Shown here: in pieces, positions 21,360-32,862 of the stretch
Layout: every line of letters starts with the position of its first letter
Position numbering within the stretch: position 1 is the stretch's first letter
Assembly: GCA_025558095.1 (NCBI GenBank)
Contig: JAIVFI010000027.1
Location: 496,001-560,000, forward strand
Direction of reading: 5' to 3'
Origin: Hyaloraphidium curvatum SAG 235-1
Lineage: Eukaryota > Fungi > Monoblepharomycota
DNA: 64,000 nucleotides
The notes under the pieces: generated by a model
The model's database searches: none
Seen by the model: only the letters and a program-made list of their open reading frames with translations
What the model was told of the DNA's origin: nothing
Position numbers and translations under genes: made by a program

Positions 21360-23101
21360 ATGGCCAGGCGGCGCTCTCTCAACCCGCTTGCCCGCCTCGC
21401 CGCCGCGCTGCTCGCCGCCGCTGTGCTCGCGACTCTCTTCGCGACCTCCGCCGCGACCCCGATGAAGCCGCGGACGTCGACGCGCACGCGCACGCCCTCC
21501 CGCACTCCGACGACCCGCACTTCGACGGCAACGGCGACGCGGAGCCCCACGACAAGCTCGCGCCCCGCCACCGCCACGACCCCCGCGATGACCACAGCGT
21601 GAGTGAATCGCAATTCGCGTCTCCCTATCTCGAATTCTCATGTTCTTCGTTCAGCACCGCCGCCCCGACGCCCTCGCAGACGCGCACAGCAGGCACCGGC
21701 CTGCCCGGCGGGTGGTCCATCGCGCATTCGGCCTCGGTCAACGGCGCCCTCTTCGTGCACGCAAGAAACACCGACAAGGACGGCGCCATTGTCGCCGCCC
21801 GCGTCGCCTCGGCCCTTGGCGGCCTCGGAATCGCCGCCACCAGCGACGCGCGCGAGGCGCTCCTGAACCCCACCAAAATGGCCGATTCCAACTACGTCGA
21901 CAACGCCACGGCCTTCATCGTCGACGAGCTGTACGGCGCCCTGGCGAGGGCCGGGGACCCGGCCCAGCCGCTGATGTCGCCCAAGACCGTAGTCTTCTCG
22001 AGCGTGCACCGGCTTGGCCTCTATACCGCCGAGGTTCTGCACGGGCTGTACCTCCCTTTGCAAATCATGTCGTTCGCCGACTCTTGGACTCAGGTCGAAG
22101 CCGCCGCGCAGGCCGCGGCGCTGATCGTCGGCCACGATTTTGACTACGGCGGACTCTGGCTTTGGAACAAGATCGCTGCCGGCGCGCCCGGCACTCGCGC
22201 GGGCAGCCTGCCCCCGGCGTACGCTCGTGCCCTGGCCGCGGCCGACCAGGTCGTTGTCGTTCAGCCGAACGACAACTGGGTCTACTGTACACCTTCGTAC
22301 TGCTGGGACGCGATCAACCAGACCTACACGGGCGCCTCCAACGTCTTCCTGCACACCTCCCTCACCCGCAGCACCTTCGCCAACACGGCGACCCAGCTCT
22401 ATAACCAGGCCGTCGTCGCCGGCAAGATCGGGCTCGCGGCGAGCACCGACGTGGCCAACCTCAAGCAGTGGGAATGGGGCGTCCCGGACTCGGCGATTTC
22501 CAACATCCGATCGGCCTGGGCCGCACTGGGCAAGCCCGCATCCGCGCTCAAGGTGGTCCCGATAGGCGTCGTCGACGGTTTTGCGGCCGTGCCCAAGCTG
22601 TGGCAGGCGTACCTCTCCAAGAACGGCCTCGCCCCGCGTGGGATCCACGTCGAATCGTACTGGGCAGCCTTCCCCGCCCTCGAGCGTGCGGGCGCGGTGC
22701 TCCCCTTCCCTTCCTACACTTGGTACACGCCCGACTGGCACCCCCTGGACGACAACGCGCGGGCGATCCTCGCCTCCGTCTGCGGGGTTGGCCCCTGCAC
22801 CCCGGCGTTCGCAAACAACTCGCGCGCCTTCGCCAACGGGATCGGCTCCTCCGGCGACGACCAGGGGATCCGGCAGCTCATGGCCGACTTCGCCCTGGAC
22901 CCCGCGCACGGCGGCTTCTTCGGGTGGGGTATCAACGCCGCCAGCGCCGGGGGGTGGACGGGGTGGGGCGGCGAGGCGGTGCCCGCGGCGTGGGAGGTGG
23001 CGGCGGCGGATCTGCGGGACGGGGCGAAGAGCCCGTACGTCGGGAGGGCGTGGGTGCCGATGGACGTGGCGGGGCTGTGCGGCGTGGTGCCGTGCGTGTA
23101 G
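21360..23101 (+). CDS. Secreted protein with a Thr-rich stalk and an unrecognised ~470-aa globular domain (2 exons, intron 21599-21654)
   Basis: Hydrophobic signal LAAALLAAAVLATLFATSAA, a T/R/P-rich linker and a long clean ORF. No family recognised. Confidence 0.75.
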
Positions 23102-23167
23102 GGAAATCGAGGGGCGGCACTTTCTTCGAAACCATTTGCAGGCAACGATAACGCTAACCCCCTTTGG

Positions 23168-24928
23168 CTACCGCTTGGCATACGCGGTGTTGGGGACGAT
23201 CTTTTTCTTCCTCTCGACCTTGGGCTTCTCCTCCTGCTCCTCCTCATCGTCGTCGTCGTCGTCGTCGCCTTGGTTGTGGGAAACCGAATCCTCCCTCTCC
23301 AAGCGCAGGCACGCCTTCTCCTCGCTCTCGGTCGGCACGCCGCTCTGGTTGCAGTCCACATGCTCGTACTCGACCGCCGAGCCGTCGGCCTTGACCTTGC
23401 GCGGGTCCGCGGGCGGCTTGCCGTTCGCGGCCCAGGCGATCGCGTCGTTGTGCGAGCGGACGCTCTTGTACGCGTTTTCGAGGAACTTTTTGAAGCTGAG
23501 GCCGCTCAGGAACGGGTGCGACAGGACCGCGCGCCAGCCTGCAAGCGCACGGTGAGGGCGGACCACGGAGGAATCGTGCACCGCCCACCTTGGACCTTTG
23601 TCTTGTCCCGGCTGTACCGCCCGAGCCTCGCGTTCGGATCCGGATGCAGGAGGGCCTTGATGAAACTGGCGGCCTCGCGTGGCATCAGCTTGAACGCGGC
23701 CGGGTTCAGCAGCTCGTCGGCCTCGAGCTTGCGGCCGTCCTGGGCCGCCTTCTTGAGGTGCTTGGTCAGGACGTCCATGTTTCGGAACTCCTTCTTGTAG
23801 AACGAGCCCAGGTTGAACTTGTTGACGTTGCTGACAAACCCCTGCTCCCCTGCGAAAAGCCTGTAGGCGACCACGCCCAGCGCCCACCAGTCGACGCCGC
23901 GGCCATAGGGAGCCGTGTTCGGGCGGGCCTTTGCCGTCCCATCCCTTGTCCACCTTGGAAAGGGGGGGACGGTCAGAAGCGGCCAACCAGCCGCATCGCG
24001 AGCATGCAGTCACCATTCGGGCGCGGCCACGGTGATGTCGCCGCCCACGGGCTGCTGTTTCCAATTGGCAGTGATCTCGGCGGACTTGATCACGTTGCCA
24101 AAGTCGGCCAGCATGAGGTGGCCGTCGGCGTCGATGAGCACGTTCCCGGGCTTGATGTCCCTGTGGACGTATCCCTGCGGCAATGCAGATCGTGAGACAC
24201 CGCGCAGGAGGCGAGGTTGTGCCGAGGCACGCTGCCACCTTCTCGTGGAGGTACCCGATGGCGAGGGCCAGCTCCGCAATCCAGTGCTTCGCATGGTGCT
24301 CGTCGACCCCCATGTACTTGGAGTTTCGCTGGGAGGCTTTCTCGTCCCTGTACTGGTATGGGGAGGCGGAGCTGAAGAGCTGCGACGCCTTGTGGTTCTG
24401 CGCGATCTCCCTCTCGAGGTCCGAGGTCGCGAGCGTCATCGCAATGCCGTACATCTGCTTCATGGGGTCCTTCTTGTCCGTCTTGTGCGGCTCCCAGCTG
24501 CCCCAGAAGTGCGGGAAGAAGGGGCCCATGCTCAGGTCGGAGAGGGCGGCTGCCTCGGTCTGCCAGCCGTTGGCGCCGTTCTGCAGCTTGATGGCGAAGC
24601 TCCGTGGCGGGTCGCCGGTCCCCTTGAGTGCCGCGGAGAACACCTGGCCGTAGTTGCCGGAGCCCGTCTTGGCCTTTGCGTCGTAGGCGAAGTAGTCCAG
24701 CGGCGAGAGCGGCGGGGTCCGCGCGTCTCGCAGGACGCGCTTGTTGAGCAACAGGGGTTTGAGGGGGCCGTTCGGGTCGGCGATGACGGCGTCGACGGGA
24801 ATATTGCGCCGCGACATGTTGTGCGGCGCGGCGGCAGCCGCGGCGACGAGGAGGAGAAGCGCGCCCGCGACGGCGAGCAGCGGCGCCGGGCCGCGGCGTG
24901 GCGCCCCGGCCGCCATGTCGCCGGGCAT
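23168..24928 (-). CDS. Ser/Thr protein kinase (AGC-like) with a predicted N-terminal signal peptide, 4 exons
   Basis: Motifs [53 protein letters not shown] and HPF. N-terminal [19 protein letters not shown]. Confidence 0.87.
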   Translation of the reverse strand: MPGDMAAGAPRRGPAPLLAVAGALLLLVAAAAAAPHNMSRRNIPVDAVIADPNGPLKPLLLNKRVLRDARTPPLSPLDYFAYDAKAKTGSGNYGQVFSAALKGTGDPPRSFAIKLQNGANGWQTEAAALSDLSMGPFFPHFWGSWEPHKTDKKDPMKQMYGIAMTLATSDLEREIAQNHKASQLFSSASPYQYRDEKASQRNSKYMGVDEHHAKHWIAELALAIGYLHEKVAACLGTTSPPARCLTICIAAGIRPQGHQARERAHRRRRPPHAGRLWQRDQVRRDHCQLETAARGRRHHRGRARMVTACSRCGWLAASDRPPLSKVDKGWDGKGPPEHGSLWPRRRLVGAGRGRLQAFRRGAGVCQQRQQVQPGLVLQEGVPKHGRPDQAPQEGGPGRPQARGRRAAEPGRVQADATRGRQFHQGPPASGSEREARAVQPGQDKGPRWAVHDSSVVRPHRALAGWRAVLSHPFLSGLSFKKFLENAYKSVRSHNDAIAWAANGKPPADPRKVKADGSAVEYEHVDCNQSGVPTESEEKACLRLEREDSVSHNQGDDDDDDDEEEQEEKPKVERKKKIVPNTAYAKR

Positions 24929-25976
24929 AGTTGATCCCTCCGCGCTCGGCAGCAGAGGTTCCCGACAGCCCGCGCGTTCGCTGGGGAGCTGGGGACGACC
25001 CGGAGTGCGACGGGTCTTTCGCGGGTCCACCGCAACCAATTTCCGCCAAAACAAAACGTGGGACAGTCGGACATAGAGATTCAGTCCGAACCCGCCATGG
25101 ATGCTTCTGGCCGTGGCCTGAAGGCCCTGTGCCTTGCTGAGCTCGCCTCGTAGAGGCGATTGGGGGCGCGTTCTGGGCACGGAACGTATAGTCGGCCCCG
25201 CCGGATCTGCAGTTCGACCAGCGCCCCTCCCTACGCGGCCTCAATGTTTGGTTCCAAGTGAGCCAGAAAGCTTGTATGGGAGCTTTTAAGGTCTCGAGTC
25301 GAGGCGGGGAACGAGGGGCCGTGTATCGCGCAGGTTTGGGGACCTCGGTACCAGCCCCGAAGCTCGGCCCTCGAGTTCAAGGTGCAGGCTACAAAGTGAA
25401 TCTATTGGCAAGACTCCTTCTACACGCTCGAAAATCTGTCCTAGTCCCTCTCCTGCACCTCCTGTCCTTCCGGGCACGCTCGTCTGAGCTACTCGTAGCT
25501 CGTCAATCCGCGGCCCGCGTTCACTCGACGTATCCGTCTTCCGCCAACGCGCAGCATTTCTCGTTACTTGGCAGCGCAAAATACGCGTTATAGCCACCGG
25601 GTGGCGGCGCGGTCGGCTGATATCGGCGACCGCCGGGCACATGGCCGGCTGCCGGCCCCGAAGGCAGCGCTTCCTTGCCTTCTCCCGGGCCCAGGAGTTT
25701 CCTCAACGCAGCGCGGCAACCGACAATCATGGCGGCACCCAACCTAGTGGGATCCGCCGGGACGCGCGAGTGTCTGAGTGCCCGAGTGTCCGCGCGGAAA
25801 CTGGTTTTCGTAGTCCAGCGCTCCGGTTCGAACCGCATCGTCATCACCCCCAACCGATGCTAAAGAATTGAGGGGTTAAAGACGTCAGACACCATTGATC
25901 CGACCTCCGCGTCCAACCACGACCGCGCGTCCGCTGGGCTCCTCGCTTGTTCGCAAGTCAACGGTACCGCTCTCGT

Positions 25977-26310
25977 TGGAAGGAGGTAGTGGAAGGAGGG
26001 GCAAGCCCCACGTCTTGCTCCGCTAGTCGTCCCACTGGACTGAAGTCCAGCGGGGCTACTCTGCTTTGTGCTTCGATCTTGTCCACTGGCCTCACCTGCT
26101 CCTGCTTTGTGACTTCTCCCGCTACTTGCTTGCTAAGCACTTTGCTTAGCAAGTAGGTGAGGGGACCGGCAAAGCAGGGGTAGGCAAGGCAGTCAGACAA
26201 AGTGGAAGCACAAAGCTCGTGAGCGAGGCCGATACGGAGCGGAGCGGAGCGGAGTGGGCCTCCATGGACGTAAAGACAGCAGGGCTTGCCCCCTTCCACT
26301 ACCCCTTCCA
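25977..26310 (+). ncRNA. Candidate structured ncRNA / long imperfect foldback of unknown class
   Basis: Nested arms TGGAAGGAGGTAGTGGAA/TTCCACTACCCCTTCCA, GGGGCAAGCCC/GGGCTTGCCCC, GCTTTGTGCTTC/GAAGCACAAAGC, CCTGCTCCTGCTTTGT/GCAAAGCAGGGGTAGG and TTGCTAAGCA-ctt-TGCTTAGCAA. Many mismatches are G-U wobbles on the + strand. Confidence 0.5.
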
Positions 26311-26484
26311 CTCGTGACCAACCGGGCGATGCGGGCAGGTTCGTCACGATCTGCATCGTGCTCACCGCCGCCAAAATGGGGGCCAAAAGTCCCGCCTTGC
26401 GCGAGATCCGGGAGCGGTTGTGTAGCGTCAAGCCCTTTGCTGCGCGTGTGCCGTTTCTCGCGTTCCGCCGAGGAGGCTGCCGCG

Positions 26485-28296
26485 ATGTCGCTGAAGCTGT
26501 ACATCGGCAACATCGCCGAGGCGGTCAGCGACGACGCGATGGCGCGCGTGTTGGCCTCGTGCGGCCCGCTGGCGTCGTTCAAGCGGCTGCAGGACGCCGC
26601 GACAAACCGCCCAAAGACGTTCGGCTTCGCGGAGTTTCACACGATCGACGCCGTCGCCCGCGTGCTGCGCGTTGTCGGCGGCGGCGACGGGACCGGCGAG
26701 GCCGGCGAGTCGGTGGAGGGCGTGGAGCTCGCGGGGAAGCGACTCATCGTGGGTGTCCTGCCTGGAAAACGCCCTCCCACTCTTCTGATCTTGTAAAATC
26801 ACCCTGCTCTGACTGTTGGCGTCACTGGCGTTGCCCTCCCGCCCGTGCAGGTCAAGGCGGATTCCAAGCTGCGCGCCCAGCTCGCCGCCAACCCCCTCCG
26901 CCCCGACCCAGCCGCGGACGACCATGCGCGCTACGCCATCGCGCAGATCGCCGCGTCCCTCGGCCTCTCCCTCGCCGGGCAGCAGCAGAAGTCAGCGCTG
27001 AGCGCCGAGACCGCCGCCGCGCTCGCAGTGTTCCCCGGGCTGGACGTGCGCGAGCTGGACGACCTGCCAGAGGACTTTCCCGCCGAGTCGAGGGAGGTCG
27101 TGACGACCGAGATCGCGAAATTCAGGGAGTCGCAGGCGATGAACGAAAAGCGCAAGCGGGAGGCCAAGGAGGCCGAGGAGCGCAGGCGGGAGGAGGAGGA
27201 GCGGAGGAGGAGGGGCGAGTGGGAGCCGCCGGCCGGCCCCGCACCTGGAGGATACGGCAGGGGACCGCCGCAGAGGTTCGACGGGCCGCCGGCACGGCCG
27301 GGCTTCCGCAGGGGAGGGTCGGCGCCGCGGGACGACGAGGACTCGGACGGGGAGGAGGAGAAAAGGAGGGAGGAGCGTAGGAAGCACGAGGCCGAGCTTG
27401 CCTTCCGGGAGCGGGAGCGGCGCTGGGAGGCCAAGGAGTACGACCGGGCGCGGCGGGTGGAGCACGAGGCGAGGCGGGAAAAGGAGGAGGAGAGGAGGGA
27501 GGCGGAGGACAGGGAGAGGCTGCTGCGGAGGCTGGCTGAGTTTGACGACGACTACGAGGCGGACAGGGGGACGGAGGAGTACTTCCGCGATAGGTGGGTT
27601 ACGTGCTGGCCCCCCCGTCGAGGCACGAGTTGACAGTGCCACCGATGGGTTTCCAGGGACCGGTACTGGGCCCGGCGCTTCGCCTACCGCGCCCGCGAGC
27701 GCGAGTTCGACGAGCGCGACCGCCGCGAGGAGGCCGCCGAGGCCGCCGCGGAAGCCGCCGCCGAGGCCGCGGCCCTCCGCGAGGCCGAGCGCGCCGGGAT
27801 CCTGCCCGAGCCCGCGGCCGCGCCGGCGCCGGTGCCCGTGCGGATCGAGGGGCTGCCGGCGGTGCGGAGGGACGAGAATGTGGGGAGGATCATGACGGCG
27901 GAGGAGAGGAAGAAGGCGCAGAGGGAGCTGGCGGAGTCGCTCCCGTCGGACCAACAGGCGCTGGCGGCTTGGAAGATCAAGTGGGAGGCGGTCGACGAGG
28001 TGAGCCTGGAACGGGCGGCCGTCGGTTTACGACGCGGCTGACCGTCGCACGCCTTGCAGAACATGCTCTCGTCCAAGATCCGCCCCTTTGCCGCCCGGAA
28101 GATCTCCGAGTACGTCGGCGAGGACGCGCTGGACATGGTGGAGTTTGCCGTGGGCGTGGTGCGCGACCGCGGCCGCATGGGCGACATCATCGACGAGCTC
28201 AAGGGGGTCCTCGAGGACGACGCGGACGCGTTCGCGATGGTGCTGTGGCGCATGCTCATTTTCGAGAGCGAGTGCATGGCCAGGGGGTTGGCGTGA
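26485..28296 (+). CDS. RBM25: RBM25/Snu71 U1-snRNP splicing factor (RRM, RE-rich region, PWI), 4 exons
   Basis: KLYIGNI...PKTFGFAEF RRM, an R/E-rich coil with FDDD, then LPSD..L..WKIKW and KIRPF..RKISEYVGED...LWRMLIFESE (PWI). Confidence 0.92.
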
Positions 28297-28545
28297 AGGT
28301 TGTGCGTGTCACGCCGAAATAGTAGCCTCTTGCTCTTGCCGTGCATGGGGCGCCATCCCGGAGAGCTTTGCCACCCGTCCAACCGTCAACGGCGCTGCCC
28401 CCTGCCAACCTCCGGCGCGCCTTCACCGCTGCCAAACTCCCGCTCCACTCTAAAACCGTCGACCTCCGCCGATCTCCGTGGCGATTCTCCCGTCGGAGCA
28501 CGCGGGAACCGGCAGACGCGCGTGCCTCCGGTCAAACGCGGAGCG

Positions 28546-30094
28546 ATGGACGCCATACTACGCGGCGTCAGGGTCATCGAAATCGCCGGCATCGGGGTGG
28601 GTCGTCCTCCCTGTTGGAAGGTCCCGGAGCGCTGACTTGCTGCTGTGCCAGCCCGGCCCGTTCTGCGGCATGGTGCTCGCGGACTGTCGGTCCGCTGCCC
28701 GCCTCCCTTCCGTACCTGCCTGACGACCTCCCCCACCTTCGCAGACGGCGCCGACGTCGTCCGCGTCGAGCGCCTCGTCGGCTACGACGCCCGGCCCAAC
28801 ATGCAGCGCGGCAAGCGGTCCGTCCAGGTGGACCTCAAGTCGCCGCGGGGGGTCGAGCTGGTCCTCCGGATGTGCGAGAGGGCGGACGTGATACTGGAGC
28901 CGTATAGGCCGGGAGTGATGGAGAAGCTCGGGCTGGGGCCGGAGGTGGTGATGAAGCGGAACCCCAAGATCATCTACGCGAGGATGACGGGCTTCGGGCA
29001 GGAGGCGAGTCCCCGTTTCCCGTTGCCGAGCCGTCCCCTCACCCACGCGACGAACAGGGCAAGTACGCCAACATGGCCGGCCACGACATGAACTACGTCG
29101 CCACCTCGGGCCTCCTCTCGGTCCTCGGCCACCCCTCGGGGCCGCCGTCGACCTCGCTCAACCTCATCGGCGATTTCGCGGGCGGCGGGCTGATGATGGC
29201 CTTCGGGATCACCATGGCGCTGTTCGAGCGGGACAACAGGAAGACGGGGAGCGGGAAGGGCCAGGTCATTGATTGTGCCATGTGCGACGGTGCGGCGGTG
29301 GGTAACTCTCGGACCCGGCGGGCACGGTGTGAAGCTCACCGCGCGTTTCGAGCAGTACGTCGCCACGGTCGTGTACCAGATGCGGTACAACGGGCAGTGG
29401 GGCCCGCGGGGGACAAACTTCCTGGACTTCGGCCCGCCGTGGAAGTGAGCCCCTGCCCCGTCCCAGCAACGCGCGCTGATGCATTGCCCCCCGCTCCACG
29501 CCAGTCAAACGTACGAAACCGCCGACGGCAAATGGATGTCCGTCCAGGCCCTCGAGCCGCAGTTCTACGCCGAGCTGCTCCGCCTGCTCGGCCTCCCCGA
29601 CTCGATGCGCGCCACGCAGAACCACCGCCCCTCCTGGCCCGAGACCAAGCGGCGTATCACCGGTGCTTTCTTGTTGAAAACGCGGGACGAGTGGGAGAGG
29701 GTGTTCCTGGGGAAGGACGCGTGCTGCGTGCCCGTGTTTGGGCTGGAGGAGGTGCTGCCCATCAGGGGGGCCAACGGCCGGGACACGGAAATGGCGACGC
29801 ATGCGGCGGAGAGGGGGTTGCTGGGGAAGAGGGAGGGGACGGACGGGAGCCAGCCTGGGCACGTGGGTCGCCGTCGTTTGCGGGCTGCCGATCGGGAGGC
29901 TGACGGTGCCGTCCCTTCCCTTGCAGTGGGAACCCCGTGCGGCGCCGAGGTTCTCCCGGTCGCAGCACATGCCCATCCGGAGCGCGCCGCCGACGGGGGC
30001 GCACACGCGGGAGGTGCTCGGGGAATGGCTCGGGATGGGCGAGGGCGAGGTCGGGGAGCTGCTGGGGAGCAAGGTGGTGGCGGCGCGGTTGTAA
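28546..30094 (+). CDS. AMACR: Alpha-methylacyl-CoA racemase (CaiB/BaiF family), copy 1; ends in PTS1-like ARL
   Basis: Motifs LRGVRVIEIAGIG/PGPFCGMVLADY, RGKRSV.VDLK, ADVILEPYRPGVMEKLGLGP, AGHDMNY, GDFAGGG, GKGQVID, ALEPQFY and PRAAPRFSR. About 6 introns. Confidence 0.93.
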
Positions 30095-30252
30095 ACTTTC
30101 GGAGTGGGACCGCTTCTGTGCTCTCGAGGACTGTGTTGCAGGTTGAGGAGGTCCCAGGACGCGTCCCCGTCGCAGATCGCAGGGTCGCCCTCCGAGGTGA
30201 TCCGTTCCGCACGGCTGCTACCGCGTCCACCACACTCCATCCCTTCGCAACC

Positions 30253-30625
30253 ATGGGCGGCGGCCACGGCCACGGCATCAAAACGCCCTTGCTGGACCCG
30301 CAATACCCGTCGTACAACGTGCACCACCCCTCGTGGATCCCGCGCCCGCCGCGGTGGCAGGTGGCCGTCGGCAAAGGGCTGGGCGCCTTCTGCTTCTCGT
30401 GGATGATGATATTCATCTACCGCGAGTTCGACCATATGCGGGTACGTTGTACGGTGCCGGCCGACGCCGGAGGAGGGCGACTGACGGTGTTTTCCGCGCG
30501 CAGGGCATCCACCCATGGGACCGGTGCGCGCCGCCGCGCCGCCCGCGGCATCCCGTCCTAACCGCGCCCGTAGGCATCCCGAGCACTACGAGCACCTCTA
30601 CCCGTACAAGCTCAAGAAGCACTGA
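30253..30625 (+). CDS. NDUFB2: NADH:ubiquinone oxidoreductase subunit NDUFB2 (AGGG)-like, 3 exons
   Basis: MGGGHGHG...PPRWQVAVGKGLGAFCFSWMMIFIYREFDHMR/GIHPWDR/HPEHYEHLYPYKLKKH*. The single TM and HPW motif are typical of the family. Confidence 0.75.
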
Positions 30626-31220
30626 GCGCGGGGCGCGGCGGGGGCTGCTGCGGGCTGGGCGGGTTGAGGGCGGGCGGTGGGGGCGCATGGCGGCGGCGGG
30701 GTGATGGGATGGCGGCGGCACGGGGGAGGGGGTGTACGCGGCAGAGGAGGGGTAATGGAGGGTGTGGGCGGGAGATGCACGCGGGGCGACAGGTGCGGGC
30801 GGTCCGAGGGGGGGTGGGGTCGTCGGAGGGGAGGGCGCGTCGGGGGCGTGCTCCGGGCACCCTCGGTGCCGCTTCTTCGTCTGCTTCCGGGTCTTTGGCA
30901 TTCGGTTTCGGGATTCGCGGGGTTTCGTGGTCACTTCGGAGCGGTCCGAGGGGTCGGGATGTGCTTTTCCGTCGCACGGGCTTCCTTCGCACTTTCTCCG
31001 CCACAGAGGCCGCCCTATGCCGCTTCGTCACCATCTGTGGACTGCTTGTGGACGGCTCGCGGCCGAGGAACCCTCCGATCCTGTGCCCAACCTATCCGAA
31101 GCTTTCCTGTCCTGCAATCTGCATTCCGCGGAACCGAGTCCATCCTCATGGGCGCTACTGAAAAACAGCATCCCATTAACACCTGCCCACTGCGCGACGT
31201 CCGTGCATAAGCTCTCGACT

Positions 31221-31268
31221 GCTGCATGGTGGGCTGCATGGTGGGCTGCATGGTGGGCTGCATGGTGG
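31221..31268. repeat. Perfect 12-bp tandem repeat (GCTGCATGGTGG)x4
   Basis: Directly visible, upstream of the acyltransferase gene. Confidence 0.95.
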
Positions 31269-31488
31269 GGACACCGAAGCACCTTCCGCCTGGATCCTAG
31301 CATGTTTTGGATCTGCACGGACGCGCCAGACACCGCCTGGTCGAGCCCGAGCCAATGAAGTGAGCGACAAAGCAGATCGTAGGCGGAGGAACAGCGGCCT
31401 CCATCCCTGGAACGCTGATAAGAGCTGGAGAGGTCGAACGGGGACTTGGGTCCCGGGCATCCGGACGCTTCCTCGCCACCCCGCGAGG

Positions 31489-32838
31489 ATGGCGGACCCC
31501 GCGCCTTTCCGCGCGGTTGCGCACGCGCGCGTGTTCCTGACGTCGCTCGTCCCGCTGCACCACTCCAACGTCTCGCACGGCGCCGCGGGGTTCTGGCCGT
31601 TCCGCGACCCGTCGCTGCCGGCGGCCTTCGCGTCCCCCGGGCTGTCGGCCATCGCGGGCGTCAACCAATCCTTCTTCATGGGCGAGTTCTTCCTGCTCGC
31701 GGGGCTGTTTGCCCGCCGCGGCGCCGAGAAGCGCGGGAACGGCGGGTACCTGAAAGACCGCGCGCGCCGCCTCGCCCCGCCGGCAATCATCTACTTCGTC
31801 CTGGTGCGGCCCGCTGCATTAATTATTGCCGATGCCGAGCGCGCGGTGCTCGCCGCGCCGTCGCCGGGGCTGGTGCGCTTCGACCCGCTGCGCGAATGGC
31901 TGCCGGGATTCGCCGTTGCGCTGCCTGCGGCCGCCCGGCGCGTCTGGGACAAAGACCGCGCGACGGCGGGGCCCATGTGGTTCTCGTTCGCGCTGATGGC
32001 CTTTTCGGCCGGCTTCGTCGGCATCCGCGCGCTTTTCGACCGCGAGGACGCACCCGAGGCGAAAGCGCCTTCCCCGAGCCCGACACGTACCTCGCTCGTC
32101 CGCACCGGAGCCCTCGCATACCTCCTCATCGTGCCCCCCGCCACCCTCCTCACCCGCCTCGTGTTCCCGCTCGGCCTACCCCCGGCGCCCTGGGTCGCCG
32201 CCTGGCTCGCCAACGCGCGCTCCCGCCTGGAGTGGCAGCTCGGCTACTTCCCCGGCTTCATCACCGCGTACGCCCTTGGATGTATCGGCGGGCGGCACCT
32301 CGACGTCCTCTTCCCCGCTGGGCCGGACGCCGACCCCACAACATCGGCCCTCGCATCCCGCCTGCTCCTCCTCTCCCTCGCCGCCTTCCCCATGCTCCCC
32401 CTGCTCGGCCTCCTCGGCTACGCAGGCGACCTCCCCCGCTTCACCCGCCTCTCCTTCGGCGGGCTCAACCCCGCCGCCGCCGCCTACGCCGCATGGGAAC
32501 CCTTCCTCGGCGTGGGCATCGTCACCTGGTCGCTCTTCGGACGATGGCCCACCCCGCTCGCGCGGGCATGGGAAGCGCTCCCCACGAGCATCCGCACCGG
32601 CATATCCCGTCTCCTATCCGCCATGGACCGCTCCTCGATGGCCACGTACGCGCTGCACGCCGTCCCGACGGTGCTGGCATCGGTGGTGCTCCCCCACGCC
32701 GTCGCGAGCGCGGGGTGGGATTGGAAGGGCTTGTCGACGGGGATGAGGGCGGGAATGGCGGGCGTAACCAGCATTCTGGGCAGCTGGGCGGTGGGGATTG
32801 CTGCGGGGGCGGTCCCGGGGGCCGGAAACGTGTTCTGA
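31489..32838 (+). CDS. Acyltransferase family 3 (OpgC/NolL-like) multi-TM protein, intronless
   Basis: Motifs RVFLTSLVPLHH, NQSFFMGEFFLLAGLF, YLKDRARRL..P, GPMWF and SMATYALH, with many TM helices. Confidence 0.85.
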   Translation: MADPAPFRAVAHARVFLTSLVPLHHSNVSHGAAGFWPFRDPSLPAAFASPGLSAIAGVNQSFFMGEFFLLAGLFARRGAEKRGNGGYLKDRARRLAPPAIIYFVLVRPAALIIADAERAVLAAPSPGLVRFDPLREWLPGFAVALPAAARRVWDKDRATAGPMWFSFALMAFSAGFVGIRALFDREDAPEAKAPSPSPTRTSLVRTGALAYLLIVPPATLLTRLVFPLGLPPAPWVAAWLANARSRLEWQLGYFPGFITAYALGCIGGRHLDVLFPAGPDADPTTSALASRLLLLSLAAFPMLPLLGLLGYAGDLPRFTRLSFGGLNPAAAAYAAWEPFLGVGIVTWSLFGRWPTPLARAWEALPTSIRTGISRLLSAMDRSSMATYALHAVPTVLASVVLPHAVASAGWDWKGLSTGMRAGMAGVTSILGSWAVGIAAGAVPGAGNVF

Positions 32839-32862
32839 CGGCCGGGCACGTTTCCGGTGACA

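Noticed and set aside
25354-25476. Resemblance to tRNA-Sec (GGTGCAGGCT.CAAA and a 3' CCTTCCGGGC)
   Set aside because: The anticodon would be ACA, the anticodon stem does not close locally, and there is no T-arm. It is not a cloverleaf.
25200-26400. Telomerase RNA, SRP RNA, RNase P/MRP or hammerhead identity for the structured region
   Set aside because: I found no CTAACCCTAA-type template, SRP helix-8 motif, P4 consensus or CUGANGA/GAAA core by eye.
30612-31180. Possible Pro-rich minus-strand ORF overlapping the NDUFB2 3' end
   Set aside because: Low complexity, no recognisable domain and no clear start. It cannot be supported.
31221-31268. CRISPR-like interpretation of the tandem repeats
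   Set aside because: No spacers, a 12-bp unit and a eukaryotic context.
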